Part shown: positions 1 to 12,100 of the stretch, in pieces
Layout: each line of letters begins with the position of its first letter
How positions within the stretch are numbered: position 1 is the first letter of the stretch
Assembly (NCBI GenBank): GCA_021432655.1
Contig: MU271348.1
Coordinates: forward strand, 1 to 51,400
Direction: 5' to 3'
Source of the DNA: Atractiella rhizophila
Taxonomy: Eukaryota
DNA length: 51,400 nt
The notes under the pieces: model-generated
Seen by the model: only the letters and a program-made list of their open reading frames with translations
Told to the model about the DNA's origin: nothing
Database searches by the model: none
Translations under genes and position numbers: made by a program

Positions 1-577
1 TGTACTCAGACTCGAGAGAAACCAACTGTTGAATCTTTGTTTTCTGCCTGTCCAATCTGAAATGAACTGAATACGAGGCGACCTTGCCAGGTGCTTTCGC
101 TCTCAGCACTATCTCGTCTTCGTCACGACATCTGCCGCTTCTACACGTAATTTTCTTTGTCACTTACGTAGCCGTCAACGAACAGTATCTTCATGCTCAA
201 AGCGTGATCTATCACGCTTCCTGAGGTGATAGCGGGGTCGGTGTCGAAGCTCGCTCCCAACCTTCTTTGACTAACATCCAACCTTACTTGCTCTTATCCT
301 ACATTTCTACCATGCTATTTGTCATTTTTCAAAGTCATTAGTCTTCTGCATCATTGTCCTTATAGAATTACAATGATACAAATAATACACGACTAGAATT
401 CAGCAGCACATGGAAGAGCTGTTACTTGTACTCGATTATTACGCTTTACTTTAGCAATAGAACAAACTCGTAAACTGGCAAAAGGGTGCGCTTGAAAATT
501 GTCTGCTACACGTTCAATAATACAGTAGGAAAGTAGAAAATGTTGGCGTCACGGCGGATGGTGCAGTAATCGCATCC

Positions 578-3500
578 TCATCTGAGAAAGAGATAGAAAT
601 GCCACTGAATGGTTTCATGGAGGATGGACTTTTGTCGCGTTGAAGCATGCCCTACAAGCCAACGTTGGATGTGACTCTATGGAGGGAGATAAGCTGAACA
701 CGTACGGGTATCTGGAACGACATGCCTCGCGTGAGTCAAAGCAGGATCCTTAAAATTGGGATGTGCGGCAAGCCATTCTGCTTCAGCTAGGTAACAATAC
801 AATTGACCACTGAGAGAGAAACATTTGTTCAAGAAACTTACCCTTTTCGGCTACACCTTTAAGCAGTTGCGTCTCGTCGACGACTTTGAACAGATCACAT
901 TTTGAGCAGTCTGTGCATGCCCCCCCTATTCCAACGTCGTGTCAGCCATAAGCATGAAACCATCGGCCAGACAAAAATGCGTACCTTGCGCTCGAAAATG
1001 TTGACAGAAATGCCCATATCCCTCCAGACCGATTGTCTGCCGACAGACGAAGCACATGATGTGCCCTACGCTCTCGACCTCGTCACCCACGCCAAACACC
1101 GAAAGGAGGGATAGCCATACCACACCGACAGACAATCTTATTACATCCTTCAGCCTTGACGTAGGAAACGCCACATCCCCCACAGACTCTGGCCACCTAT
1201 ATTTGTCCAAATGTGAGTCTAAACATGGGCAAGAATAAAGGCGAACCGCATCGGTCATTCTCTTCTCGACGAAGAGGCGAAGACTGGTTAGTCCTGTAGA
1301 ATCTTCGCAATTGTGTCCTGGAAGATGGACCTTTTGACACTTTAGGCAGCTCCTCTTCCCGCAAAATATGCTGTTCAAAGTCGTGGACAATGTAGGATGG
1401 CGAGCTTGGCCGCCGCACTGGAAGAAGACCTTCATTCGATCATTCTCTCTCTTCCCTCCCCACCACCTGCTGCTCCTTCTTTGTGTTGTTGCATTCACTC
1501 GTTCAGAGACATAGTGAGGGAGCCCGCGCGCTGTCCGTTGCTCGTTCCACTTCTTCATCGCTACATCAGCTTGTAGATCGAGGTACGTTTTGATACATCG
1601 AAACGCGCCAGAGGGGCTGATGAAAGGATCGGTCGAGTTTGCTTCAGAGAGATCGTTCTTCTGCCCTCGTGGTTTCGGAAGACTGTCATTATCGATTTCG
1701 AGCATCTCGATAGCATTGTTGAGCATTTTAGGATCGTGGACGAGGAGAAGAAAGAGGTAGAGGAAGCATAGTGTAATGTAAAGGAGTGGAATGATTCCTG
1801 CCGCCGTATTAAGGAAATGGATGAGGATCACTAGGTAGTCCTCGCCATCTGCTTCCGGATTGAAGGGCCATGGAAAAAGGTTTCGAATCCCACCTTGAGT
1901 ACGCCTCGATTTAGGAGTGTTTGGTAACTCGTCCAGTGTTGCGACCTCTACATAAGGGCAAAAGGGACACTTGACGACGCTCTCCTTTTCCTTCTCACGC
2001 TCCTTGACAAAAACCATAAGCTCTTCCTCCCACATCCTTTCCTCTAACAGATCTACCAAACCCCTGCCCTCCGCCCTCTCGCACCTCTCATCTCCCAAAC
2101 ACCTGCGAATCTCTCCCATCCCATAGATACCTTCACACCCATCCCCAGCACTCAAACACCCCAAATCCCCCTCCTTCCTACCTTCTCCCCAAATCTTCTC
2201 CTCCACCTCTCGTCGCAGACATTCCCTACAAACAGCATGCATCTCCCCTCCTTTCCCTTCCTCGCAAAACGTACAATCTTCAAACGGCACCTCGTCGTAG
2301 CAACAAGAACATTCCAGCTTCCCCTCCGAGTCTGTGCTCCAGAGAAAATGACGGTTCAATATACGGGCCCAAACCGAATCGGCGGCAGAGAGTGAGTAGA
2401 GATAAGGACGCCAGACGACCCGCTCATACTCTTCTCGTAAATTGTCATCGGCAATTGAACAAGGCGCAAGTATTGGTCGAGGCGGGAGAGGCGGTGACGG
2501 AGGGACTGGTTGTTCTGAATATGGCGACGGGGGGAGTTTCGAAGTCGATGCTTCTGGCGCAGACTCCGCCACCGATGAAAGAGAAGGGGGTGAGGTGGCG
2601 GGAGTCGTCTTTGCCTTGTCGTCTTTAGCATTGGATATCGCAACGGACAACGGCTTGGTGGATGTGCGCGATTTGAACCGAAAGAGGTCTTTCAGAGCTC
2701 CCTCGAACATAAACTTCTTCGTTCCAGATGTTCTTTTATCTTGCCTCTGCGCCATTGCAACATTGGGAGCTACAGGCGGAGGGATAGATGGTGCAGTTCT
2801 GCCCGGAGTCGGCATGAATTCTTTGGCCAGTATTCGATAAGCCTTCTCAAAATCGTAATTCACGTCCTCCTACTCCTCTTCAGCTCTAACTTGAGATCTC
2901 ACAAATCCGAGCACGTACAAGAACAAGACTGATCCTGCGCTCCAAAGCGTTTTCAAGTACATCCTTCCTCCAAGACTGGAATGTCCAACCAATCCCGCTC
3001 TTCTCTCTCCCTTTTCCCTTCAAATCGCTCATACGCTTCCCACTACATAGAGCGAACAAGACCCCTTTTACCTCCTTTACATACTCTTCGGTCCTAAACA
3101 GATCCTCCACGCCCATCTCTCCCGGATGCTCGCGTCGCGGCACTTCCTCCTCCTTCGTCCCAAACCAAAAAGAGAAGAAGGGTCGAGGCTCCTTGTTATA
3201 TTTCCCTTCCGACAACGGGGAAGGACCAGAAGCGAGGGGTGGAATAGATGACTGAAGGAGAGCCTCAATCGCAGATGATAGAGTAGAAGATGGTGAGGAA
3301 AGAAGGAGCTGACGCAAGTGGGAATGGGCTACTTGAGGGAACATGCTCGAAAGGTGGCACCTGACCGTCGATTCAAGTCAGCCTGATGAAGAGGTAAGGA
3401 AGAATAAACGAACGCACAGATCTCGGTTTCGAGTCGCTAGCACATCCACCGCTTGCACCTTGGTGGAATTTGAGGAGAGAACGTCTCGTTCGTCACCATT

Positions 3501-3848
3501 CAAAACCACTGATGCTGGTCGACGGAAGAAAGGAGTATTGGCATTGTTCATCAGTACTTTCTTCCTTTCCATAGGAGTATACACCCCGATCTCCTCCGCC
3601 ACCGTCTCCTCCTTCACAACTACGCTGGGGAAATAGCCACTATTCCCTTCACATATTTTGTCCACGACCATCTGCACAATGTTGTCCGGAGAGTGTCCCC
3701 TCGCGGAAGAGTCGTAGCTCTTGATGGCATCGGCGAGGAAGTACCGGTTTGCGTCTGGGAAGAGGGAGAGGAGTTGGGAGTAGGATAGACGCTGGAGAAG
3801 TGTGAGGTTTAGTTCTTGAGTCGGTTCTGGCTGTATAGAGCGAGTCAT
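578..3848 (-). CDS. RBR (RING1-IBR-RING2) E3 ubiquitin ligase, RNF216/TRIAD3-like, multi-exon
   Basis: RING1: ECSCCYD...CTFC...HAVCREC...CLSAGDGC. IBR halves: CPFCPY ... FQCGG...CGKRSCLKCQKVHLPGHNC. Splicing restores RING2 VCGGCGVSYVKAEGCNKIVCRCGHIMCFVCR followed by YGHFCQH...CTDCSKCDLF, the RNF216-type tail. Short GT-AG introns join ORFs 3378-3848, 2886-3344 and 926-2863. The last exon and stop (578) are less certain. Confidence 0.9.
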
Positions 3849-4723
3849 CGCGCCTCAAAGGGCCTGCATATGGTATCCAATAGCCTCTAAATTTGAAGGG
3901 GGTCTATCGATGGTGTGGAATGACACGTCAAGTGCAGTCTGAGAGGGCTGCGAATCAGAATCAGCCTGCGATGCGATATCAACGGACGGACGCTACACCG
4001 GTGAGATCTAGACTCCAACGGGAAGGCAAGTCATAAAATAGGCGCTCCTGCTATAAGGCTTAAAATGGAAGCTATTTTGAGCTTGTCCCTATGTTGCTAC
4101 CACTCAAGCTCTCCTCTTGCTTCGGTCCTTGGGGTGTCGGGTTGCACGCTTGAGGGGCTTTTCCCTTCCAATATGCTAATTGCTTCCTTTGTGCAACAGC
4201 TTTGCGAACACAAGAATCATTAATCAGTGTGGAGGCAAAATGTGAAGAATGTACTTCCTATCTTTTTTTGCCTTTTACTTCCTCAAATGAGCACACTTCA
4301 CCCCTCAGGCTTGCGCAATCAGTGGAATCATTCATTTTTCATTCTACTTACTAGATCCTACCAGATCTATAGTACATTTTTTATCTATCCCAGATAGATA
4401 TTTTCTGTATTTGGAAGAAGCAGTAGTCAGTCATAACTGACCGAGGTTCGCGTTCATTTCAGGCAGGCAATGATCTTTAGAGATTGTCGTAATACGCATA
4501 TGTATCCCACCATTTCTTTCGTCTCGTTGCAGTCTGCGTCCTCACAGCCGAAGGTGCAGCCAGCTGTACATTGGAAGCGAATACAGGAGGTTCTGGTTAC
4601 TTATTGCGTATGAATCTTGTCCACTGGCCCAACTGAGGTGAATACAGATAGTTTATTCACAACTGATAGCTCAATTTACAATTACGCTGTCTCGACGAGA
4701 AACACTTCTCCACTGACTAGTAC

Positions 4724-5869
4724 TTATTCCTGATGTGGTCGGAAACTGACGACCTTTCCAAATGTGTCCGCCATCCCCCAGATTCCCGCTGACCATCCAG
4801 CATCAAAAGTCGACGACATCAGCAGATGAAGGGACGAACCTCTCAAAGCGCTAAGCTGGACGATTTGGCTATGATCTACAAATAGGTTGACATCCACTCC
4901 AAACTCCCTAACATACCAATTAAAGACCTTAGGATCTGCAGCCTCGAACATGACCTTTTCTGGGGGTAGACTCTTCATGATGTCTTGAATAACGTCCGTC
5001 CTCCATGTCTTCACATTCTCCGTTATACCCTCGCTCTCAATCATCATCCTCTCCACACCAGCCTTCACAAACTGTTCTCCGAGCTGCAAAAGCTTCTCTG
5101 GAGAAGACGAACCAGTGGCTTCAAGCTCAGCGGCGGAGGTGTCACCTCCAGCCCCAAATTGAATGCCGATCTCTGGCTTAGCAATGAGGCCATGAGAGTG
5201 GACGAGGTCAACAAGTCGCAACCAATCGCTAGGCGGGAAAGAGAGAAAGCCTGAGGAGAGCTCGATCACGTCGAAACCCAGTGATTTGCACTTTTTCAAG
5301 TAGCGCTCAGCGACGGTTCCCACATCGGCATGGGTCAGAAGATGCTCCATGAAACCTCCCTACGATTTCATATCAACAGCTTAAATGGGTCCGGAGGAGC
5401 TTGAAGATGCAGAAAACAGACCGTTGAAATGTATACCCCATGATCATGGGCAATCCCCAACAGTTCCCGCAATTTATCCTCAGGGAATAGCGTGAACGAT
5501 CCTATCCAATCCTAATACTTAGGTATCTCTACCACAAAGACGCTTCAAAAACCTGCCGCCAGCAAATTTGAGTCCATCTACATGCTCCCCCATCGTTTCC
5601 AGTACGTCCAGGAGGTATCTCTTCCCCATAACGGAGTAGTAAGGCCCCCTGATCTCTGTCACCCCAACCTTTCGAGGCTTGGGTTGACGAGGATTGGAGC
5701 GAATGAACCCAAAACCGTTCTCGTCTTGCAGAAGGACTGGCGGTTTTGGTCCCTTGGAGGAGGATAAGGCCGATGAGGGAGAAGTGGTGCTTAAAGCTCG
5801 AAAATAGTCCACACAGTGTATCCGTCTTAGCTTGGATGCGTGATGGAAGGATCTAGGCACAGACATCAT
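4724..5869 (-). CDS. Phosphosulfolactate synthase (ComA)/plant HSA32-like TIM-barrel protein with probable mitochondrial presequence
   Basis: Motifs GVTEIRGPYY, VDGLKFAGGSF, VYISTGGFME, GFDVIELSSGF, MIESEGITENV, MFEAADPKVFNWY, VNLFVDHSQIVQLSALRAGIWG. Three short introns; the first is GC-AG (5502-5556, donor GCAGGT). Confidence 0.93.
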
Positions 5870-6193
5870 GGTAATGATTGATAATGATATCGCTTGTTGG
5901 TAGCTTGGTGCTAGTAGGAAGAGGAAACGGGGCCCTAGGCACTGCAGGTTGAAGATGCAGTGGATTTGTTTGCGAGATTGTTGAAATATGACATGGACTG
6001 CTGTGTAGATAGCAAAGGAGTTTGAAGTCACGATGATGCAAAGTTATGACATAAGGCACGTGATGTGTGGCAGCAGTTTGGTCGCTCAAAATGCATTTCG
6101 GGTGTAGATTCCATTCCATGCGTTTGGCTGATTTTGAACGATATTATCTTCAATAGCAACGACCCAACGACTTGATTCTGTGGGTGGAAGAGG

Positions 6194-6725
6194 TTAAGCA
6201 CAAATCTGCATCCCATTGTCAGATAGTGGTTTTGAGACTGCTTCATTTGCTCACGCTCACGCCAGTTACATTTGCTGGCACTGCAGCACACGAAGGATCA
6301 TTCACACTGGCTTGCTGGAACCTTCCGACTTCGTTTGTGCAATCTGAGTCTTCGAACCAGATCAAGCAAGCCTATAAGTCACGGCGGGTGAGTTTTCAGT
6401 CAAGGGTTCTTGTGATGAAGGAGTAACGCACGGGACTGGCGCTGAACAGAACGTCTACGGCGGCCACAGTTTCACCCTCGTCGCAAAAAGGGCAAACTGG
6501 TTGACAGGTCGACGGTTTGCAGGTTGAGTTGACTGCCCGAGATAAAGGATCAAGACTATCCTCGGAGTGGAATTTCTTACCTTGAAAGACGTCGTAAGTA
6601 ATAGCCGCGTCAGTTGCACAACCAGCTTTATTGAAGTATTGAATCCAGTATTGGCTTTCGTCCTGACCGACGACGGTTGAAGTAAGGAGAGTGACAAAGG
6701 AAAGGAGCGTAAACGTCGTCTTCAT
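6194..6725 (-). CDS. Small secreted cysteine-rich protein A
   Basis: Signal peptide MKTTFTLLSFVTLLTSTVVG. Four exons give ...GCATD...STCQPVCPFC...VAAVDVL...ACLIWFEDSDCTNEVGRF...DPSCAAVPANVTGVS-ICA*. TATAAAAG at 6791-6798. Confidence 0.85.
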
Positions 6726-7197
6726 GCTTTCTACTGTAGCAGTGGAAGTGATAGATAGGACGCTGGGGTACCTAATATGCTCCTTCTGCGCTTTTATAGT
6801 GAAGTCAGACTTAGCCAGCGACTATGTAATGAATCGCCAGAGGCCGAAGTTGTCGTGCTCATTCTAATTCTTTGCTGCGACCGTCGGTTCGGTCGACGTG
6901 GTGGTCCAATCCAATCATAGACCAACGTGAGTTCAAAGAGCGAAGCGGTTTCCAAAGTATGATACGCGCGTGCTGTGTAACTTCTGCAAGTAAGCTTCAT
7001 CACAGGATGCACAGACCGATGTAGACAAAAAGTGATCCGTCAAGCGCGGCTAACATGTCGACGGCAGCGAGATTGGGGACAATGGGGAAAAACAAGGCAA
7101 ACGGAAAAGGAAAATCAAAGGGAAAACCGGGTTCAATGCAACAAAAAAACCGAAGGCCAAGGTAAAAAGGCAACCCCCGAAAAAACGGTGTGCTTAC

Positions 7198-7670
7198 AGC
7201 GACTCCGCCCACGGTGATGCCAGCAGGGACAGTGGCGCAAGACGGGTCACTCACGTCCGTTTGTTCGAACCTGCCAACTTCATTCGTGCAATCCCGATCA
7301 TCGTACCATACCAAGCAGGCCTGCATTGAAATCGTTGTCCACCTCATCCTTCGTGATGTTAAAGGGACGTACGGCAGTGGTGCTTAGCATGACGTCAACC
7401 GCTCCCACAGTTTGGTCTGCGCAAAAGGGGCAGACTGGGTAACACGTAGCTGTCCCATTTCCTATAAACACAAGGAGGAGGTCATCAGGTTGCTGGAAGC
7501 CAATGACGATGCATTCACTTACCTTCGAAAACATCGAAGATGATCTGATTTTCGGTGGCGCAGCCTTCTTCAGTGTAATAGCGAATCCAAGTCTGAGTGG
7601 CATTGGCCTGAGCAAGAGCCCGGGTAGCAAGGAGTGAGAGGAAAGGAAGGACCGCGAGCGTCAACTTCAT
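7198..7670 (-). CDS. Small secreted cysteine-rich protein B, paralog of A (3' end unresolved)
   Basis: Signal peptide MKLTLAVLPFLSLLATRALA, then ...GCATE...TCYPVCPFC...VGAVDVM...ACLVWYDDRDCTNEVGRF...DPSCATVPAG. Intron positions match gene A; the final exon was not located. Confidence 0.8.
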
Positions 7671-8498
7671 CGCTAAGCCTACTATATGACAAACGAGCTC
7701 GAGTAAAAACAAGCTGCGTGAGGGAATCGGTGCTACCGGAGCACCTGCTTCTTTTATGGGAAGAGGAAAGAAGAGCCAAAAAGTGAGAACGGAAAGCGAT
7801 CAGAGCGAGGAGAAACCGGATCAGAAAGTGCGGGTGCGAAGGTTTAAACAGTCACGTTGACCGCGAGGTCGTTTCCAATGTATCAGCAAGCTGAAACAAC
7901 CGAAACCACAAGGCAGCCTTCCATGTCCCAGCAATTGCCAGCAAAACCTGGTGGCAATGTATTATGACGGTCGCACGTATACTAGAATTAGATTCAGAAG
8001 AAGCCGTTTATCTCACCAAGCCAGGAAAGGGAGGTCTCCGCAGACTGCGAACATGTCAAGTTCACAACAAGCCGTTGAACCTTTACCCAAACTAAGCTGC
8101 CTATTCACAGTTGTCTTGCCTTTCGCTTCATGGCACAACCTGAGTCCTGGGGCCAAGGGGGTTGAAAGCTAAGAGCGAGAAGGATCCGCCTTCATCCTGC
8201 TGTTTAGCTCTGAGCCTCATGCACAAACCTCAACTTGCAAGTGAAGTATTAAGCTGTGACGATACCACTTGGGATAAAGATGCACATGGTTGTACTGGTA
8301 TAGTTAAGGATGAGAGATAAAAGATGAAAGAATTTGGGTTCAAATATTCAGCTATACGATTGGCGTTTCAAGCAGCATATACCGTAACAGAGCTCAAATA
8401 TGTAAAAGTCAATAGCGTTTGTGATCTGTTCGAAACTTCAGGTTATTAATATGTTGGATTGCTTCCCCAGAGCACCTCGTCGGAACTCTGAGATAAGT

Positions 8499-9035
8499 TA
8501 GGTCCCGTGACTACATTTAAAGCAAGATATCTAAACATCTATTTCGACACCATTCTAACACGCTGGCATCGCATCAACTCGTGCAGTAACTCTTTAATTT
8601 GGATAACAATGAGCTAAATTGATCACAGTGGTTCGAGAGGTCGCACAAGTCGAATGAATGAGACACTCAGCTTCCAACGACCCGCAAATTCTGCCCATCC
8701 AGAATTCTTCTGCCATCAACTGAAATACCACACTTCCAAGTTCTGCCCAAAGTCCCACCCAGATTGATAGGTCCCGTGACCACATTTGAAGCAAGATATC
8801 TAAACATCTATTTCGATACCATTCTAACATGCTGGCATCGCATCAACTCGTGCAGTAACTCTTTAATTTGGATAACAATGAGATAAATTGATCGCAGTGG
8901 TTCGAGAGGTCGCACAAATCGAATGAACGAGACACTCAGCTTCCAAAGACCCGCAAATTCTGCCCATCCAGAATTCTTCTGCCATCAACTGAAATACCAC
9001 ACTTCCAAGTTCTGCCCAAAGTCCCACCCAGATTG
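8499..9035. repeat. Tandem duplication of a 269-bp unit (8499-8767 / 8768-9035)
   Basis: Both units start TAGGTCCCGTGA and end CCCACCCAGATTG. Nine substitutions counted by eye. Confidence 0.97.
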
Positions 9036-9192
9036 TGCTACGAATGCATAACATACAACTGGCTTCGTCGTATTCTCTATGTATCAAGAAGGCTCGCTTT
9101 TTCGTCGGAATTGAACCAACCATTCACAACCAGCGACCACCTTCACCTTCACGATTTTGTGCTCAGAGCACCTTCAAAGTAGCTTCTTTTCC

Positions 9193-12100
9193 ATGTCCAA
9201 CCCTGTCAAAATTTCGCCCGGACCCTCTACACCTCATGTACCCGGTACAATACCCATAGCGCCTGCACCTGCGGGCTCGAACGGAAGTGGGAAGACTAAA
9301 GGAAAAGAGAAAGATGATGGGCCGCCGAAGAAGAAAAGACGGGTATGTAGTTTATCTAGGCATTGGGAGGTTCTGCTTTTACTACGTTTCTGGATCAAAG
9401 CTGGCACCCACCTGTCTTGCAGCACCTGATTACAGCACCTACTAAGAGCTGTGTTGAAAGCATGTCCTCGTGCCCGCCGTGCAAGCTGTAATTTGAGGAT
9501 GAGTGTGTTGCCACCTAGTACACCTTATTGTGATTTTAACATGAACTCAGCGCGTCGTACACTTTAGCTCTAGAATATGCAAGTATTATTAACACCTCTA
9601 CACGCGTCGATAACAAGCTTCCTAGCTCAAAACGGTACCTTCAGTTAATGACGTTGATGGTGTTTCGTCGCCTTATTATTCTACGATGATTCAATGTCGA
9701 TATTGAGTTCTTGCAAGCCCAGTCCCTCCATTCATCTCTACGGGTTGTAACGCGTTCAATTACCTTCGTCAATTTGTGCCGCTCCTTGTCATTACTGATT
9801 GAGATCATATCCCTAATGCTACCATAGCTATTTCAGCTATCAGCTACAATGGGCACGAACCCTTTTCTCCTGAAGTACTTTCTCACGATACACTGGAATG
9901 CAAGGCTCTCTGCACAATCCACATTTTCTGCTCAGTGGCGTACTCTTCTCTTCACCTGATGATATCAGTCAGCGAGTGCATCGCTCAGACGATCTAAAAG
10001 ATATCACCCGGGTGCCGGTGGCAACTTGATCATTCGTTTCGCGATTCTCTGTTGCAAAATTGTGACTCCCGACGACTTCGATTCGCTCCGATTTCATTGA
10101 TGCGGTTATTTCTACACATCGTCTGACTGACTGCTCTTGCCGCGCATAGAAACAACTGGTCGCTTGCGATGCTTGTCCGCCTCTCTCACTCTGCAAAAGC
10201 GTCACCTGACATAACCAACTCATAGGCAGACTTCGGCGGGTTCGCTGTGATCGAGGAACTGAGGAAGCGAAGCCGAATAGCTGCTCAGAGTGTGACAGGA
10301 AGGGAATAGCGTATAGCCTTTCTCTCCTTTAGTTCCGGAATGTGAAGCTTATTCTTCGGTTCGATGGGACAGCTGTACCGACTTCCAAGCCCAAATGCGT
10401 CCGAAAGAGAGAGGTGGGAAGCTTATATCCCAAGCTAAGTGCGTGTGCGCTGCTCCAGCAGAACGAGAAAGATTTATCGTACGGTGTAGAAGTATGTTTG
10501 GAGAGAATGAAAAAGCGAAACAAAATGGCAATCCGACTATCCCTGTGCCTCCACAAGCCTCAACATCTCGCCCAGCTATACAGTCTCGTATATCGGCATC
10601 AACACTTAATCCTGTCTCTCCCACTCCTTCTTTTTCCCAATCGCCCGATAACAAATTGTACCAAACCGTCCTGACCCAAGAAGTCTCCAAACTTCTCGTG
10701 CAAACTTACTATACAGTACGGTATCATTCCATATCTTTGGTCTATAGTGCTTAGCCAACGTAATAGTACACACATCCACAAATCCCAATTCTCGACTCAG
10801 ATACCTACCTCTCTCGCTTCGAACAGTGCATTGACGACCCTTCCTCAGCAGATCAAATGACCACCGTGCGCCAAATCGTTCTCATTGATACGAACTCTAA
10901 CCCCGGCAACAGTGTCTACTTGCTGTAATCCAAGCATTTGGCTCCCGCGTTTCAGATCATCCCTCTGTCCTCCCTCAACCTGCACCTTCTCTAGCTTCGC
11001 TTGCTCTGGCTGGCTCATCCTCTGACCTTTCACCTTATGGATTAGCAAGGGAGAACTTTGCGAAGCATATGGAACAACGCGCATTAAAGATTGTCGATGA
11101 GCTAGGAGCGATGAGGAGGGCAGAGATGGATAGTATTATTTCACTCATCCTCTTGGAGATGTTGCTGGATTGTGCGTTCATTTTTGCCTTCGAGTTTTTT
11201 AATAAATAACGCTGAGCTAGACGGGGACCCAAAACGATCTAAAGGGCATACGTTTCTATCAGCTGTCATTGAGCATATGCGAGAGATGCGCTATCAGAAA
11301 GGTTTGGATGGGGATGTCGAGACGGACAGCATTAAGGGCATCAACATGATGGCTATCGAAGGTGGTCTCGTTTGGTGGTTCCTTTATGTTCGTTTTCCGT
11401 CGTATTCGTCTAAGATCCCACGATGACGAGAAGGATTCAGGTTCGTGATGCTCTAAATGCCTGTCTTAGCGGTCGAATACCACACGTGTACGCCTTTCTT
11501 CTACTCCCAAGATTATGAATGCTGAGGAGCATGAGCAGGACGGATCAGGACATCGAACTATTGAGCCCTGTGTCCCTTAAGTGTAGCTTTGAAGGAGTCA
11601 TGGGCGAACTAAACAGTCCTGACCCGACAGTAGTTGCGCATGCTGCTATAATTGGTAGGCAGCTCTCCCCTTTTATTTCTAGGTTACCTACCTAAGTTCT
11701 TATCCCATAGGATTATTCAGCCATTGGACACACCTCGCTCGCGAGATAGCCCGCACATTCCTCGGACCTCTCCCCTCCTCACGAGCTTCAATATCTGAAC
11801 CCGACATTCGCTCTTTCTGGCAGGGGACTGACGAATCGTATATGCTGTCGGAGACGTTTGCTTCCCGCAAAAACCAGGTTTTTGGTCCCATGGCCGAAAA
11901 GTTCGAAGGCACCCTACGAGTGCTGACTATGTCGCGGGCAACGGTGACAGAGGCTGTCCATCGAGCGATATTGGGTCGGTGGGAGAGGGCAAGGAGGGAC
12001 GGAACAGGATCTGAAGGCAGCCCAGGGTTTGGAATGGGAGGCGGGATTGGAGCGCTGGATGGGTTGAAGAGGGAGAGCGAGGTGCGAGTGCTCAGAGCGA

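Noticed and set aside
9550..9756. ACGCGT (MCB-like) hexamers in the TF1 intron
   Set aside because: Only two exact copies, intronic, and compatible with chance.
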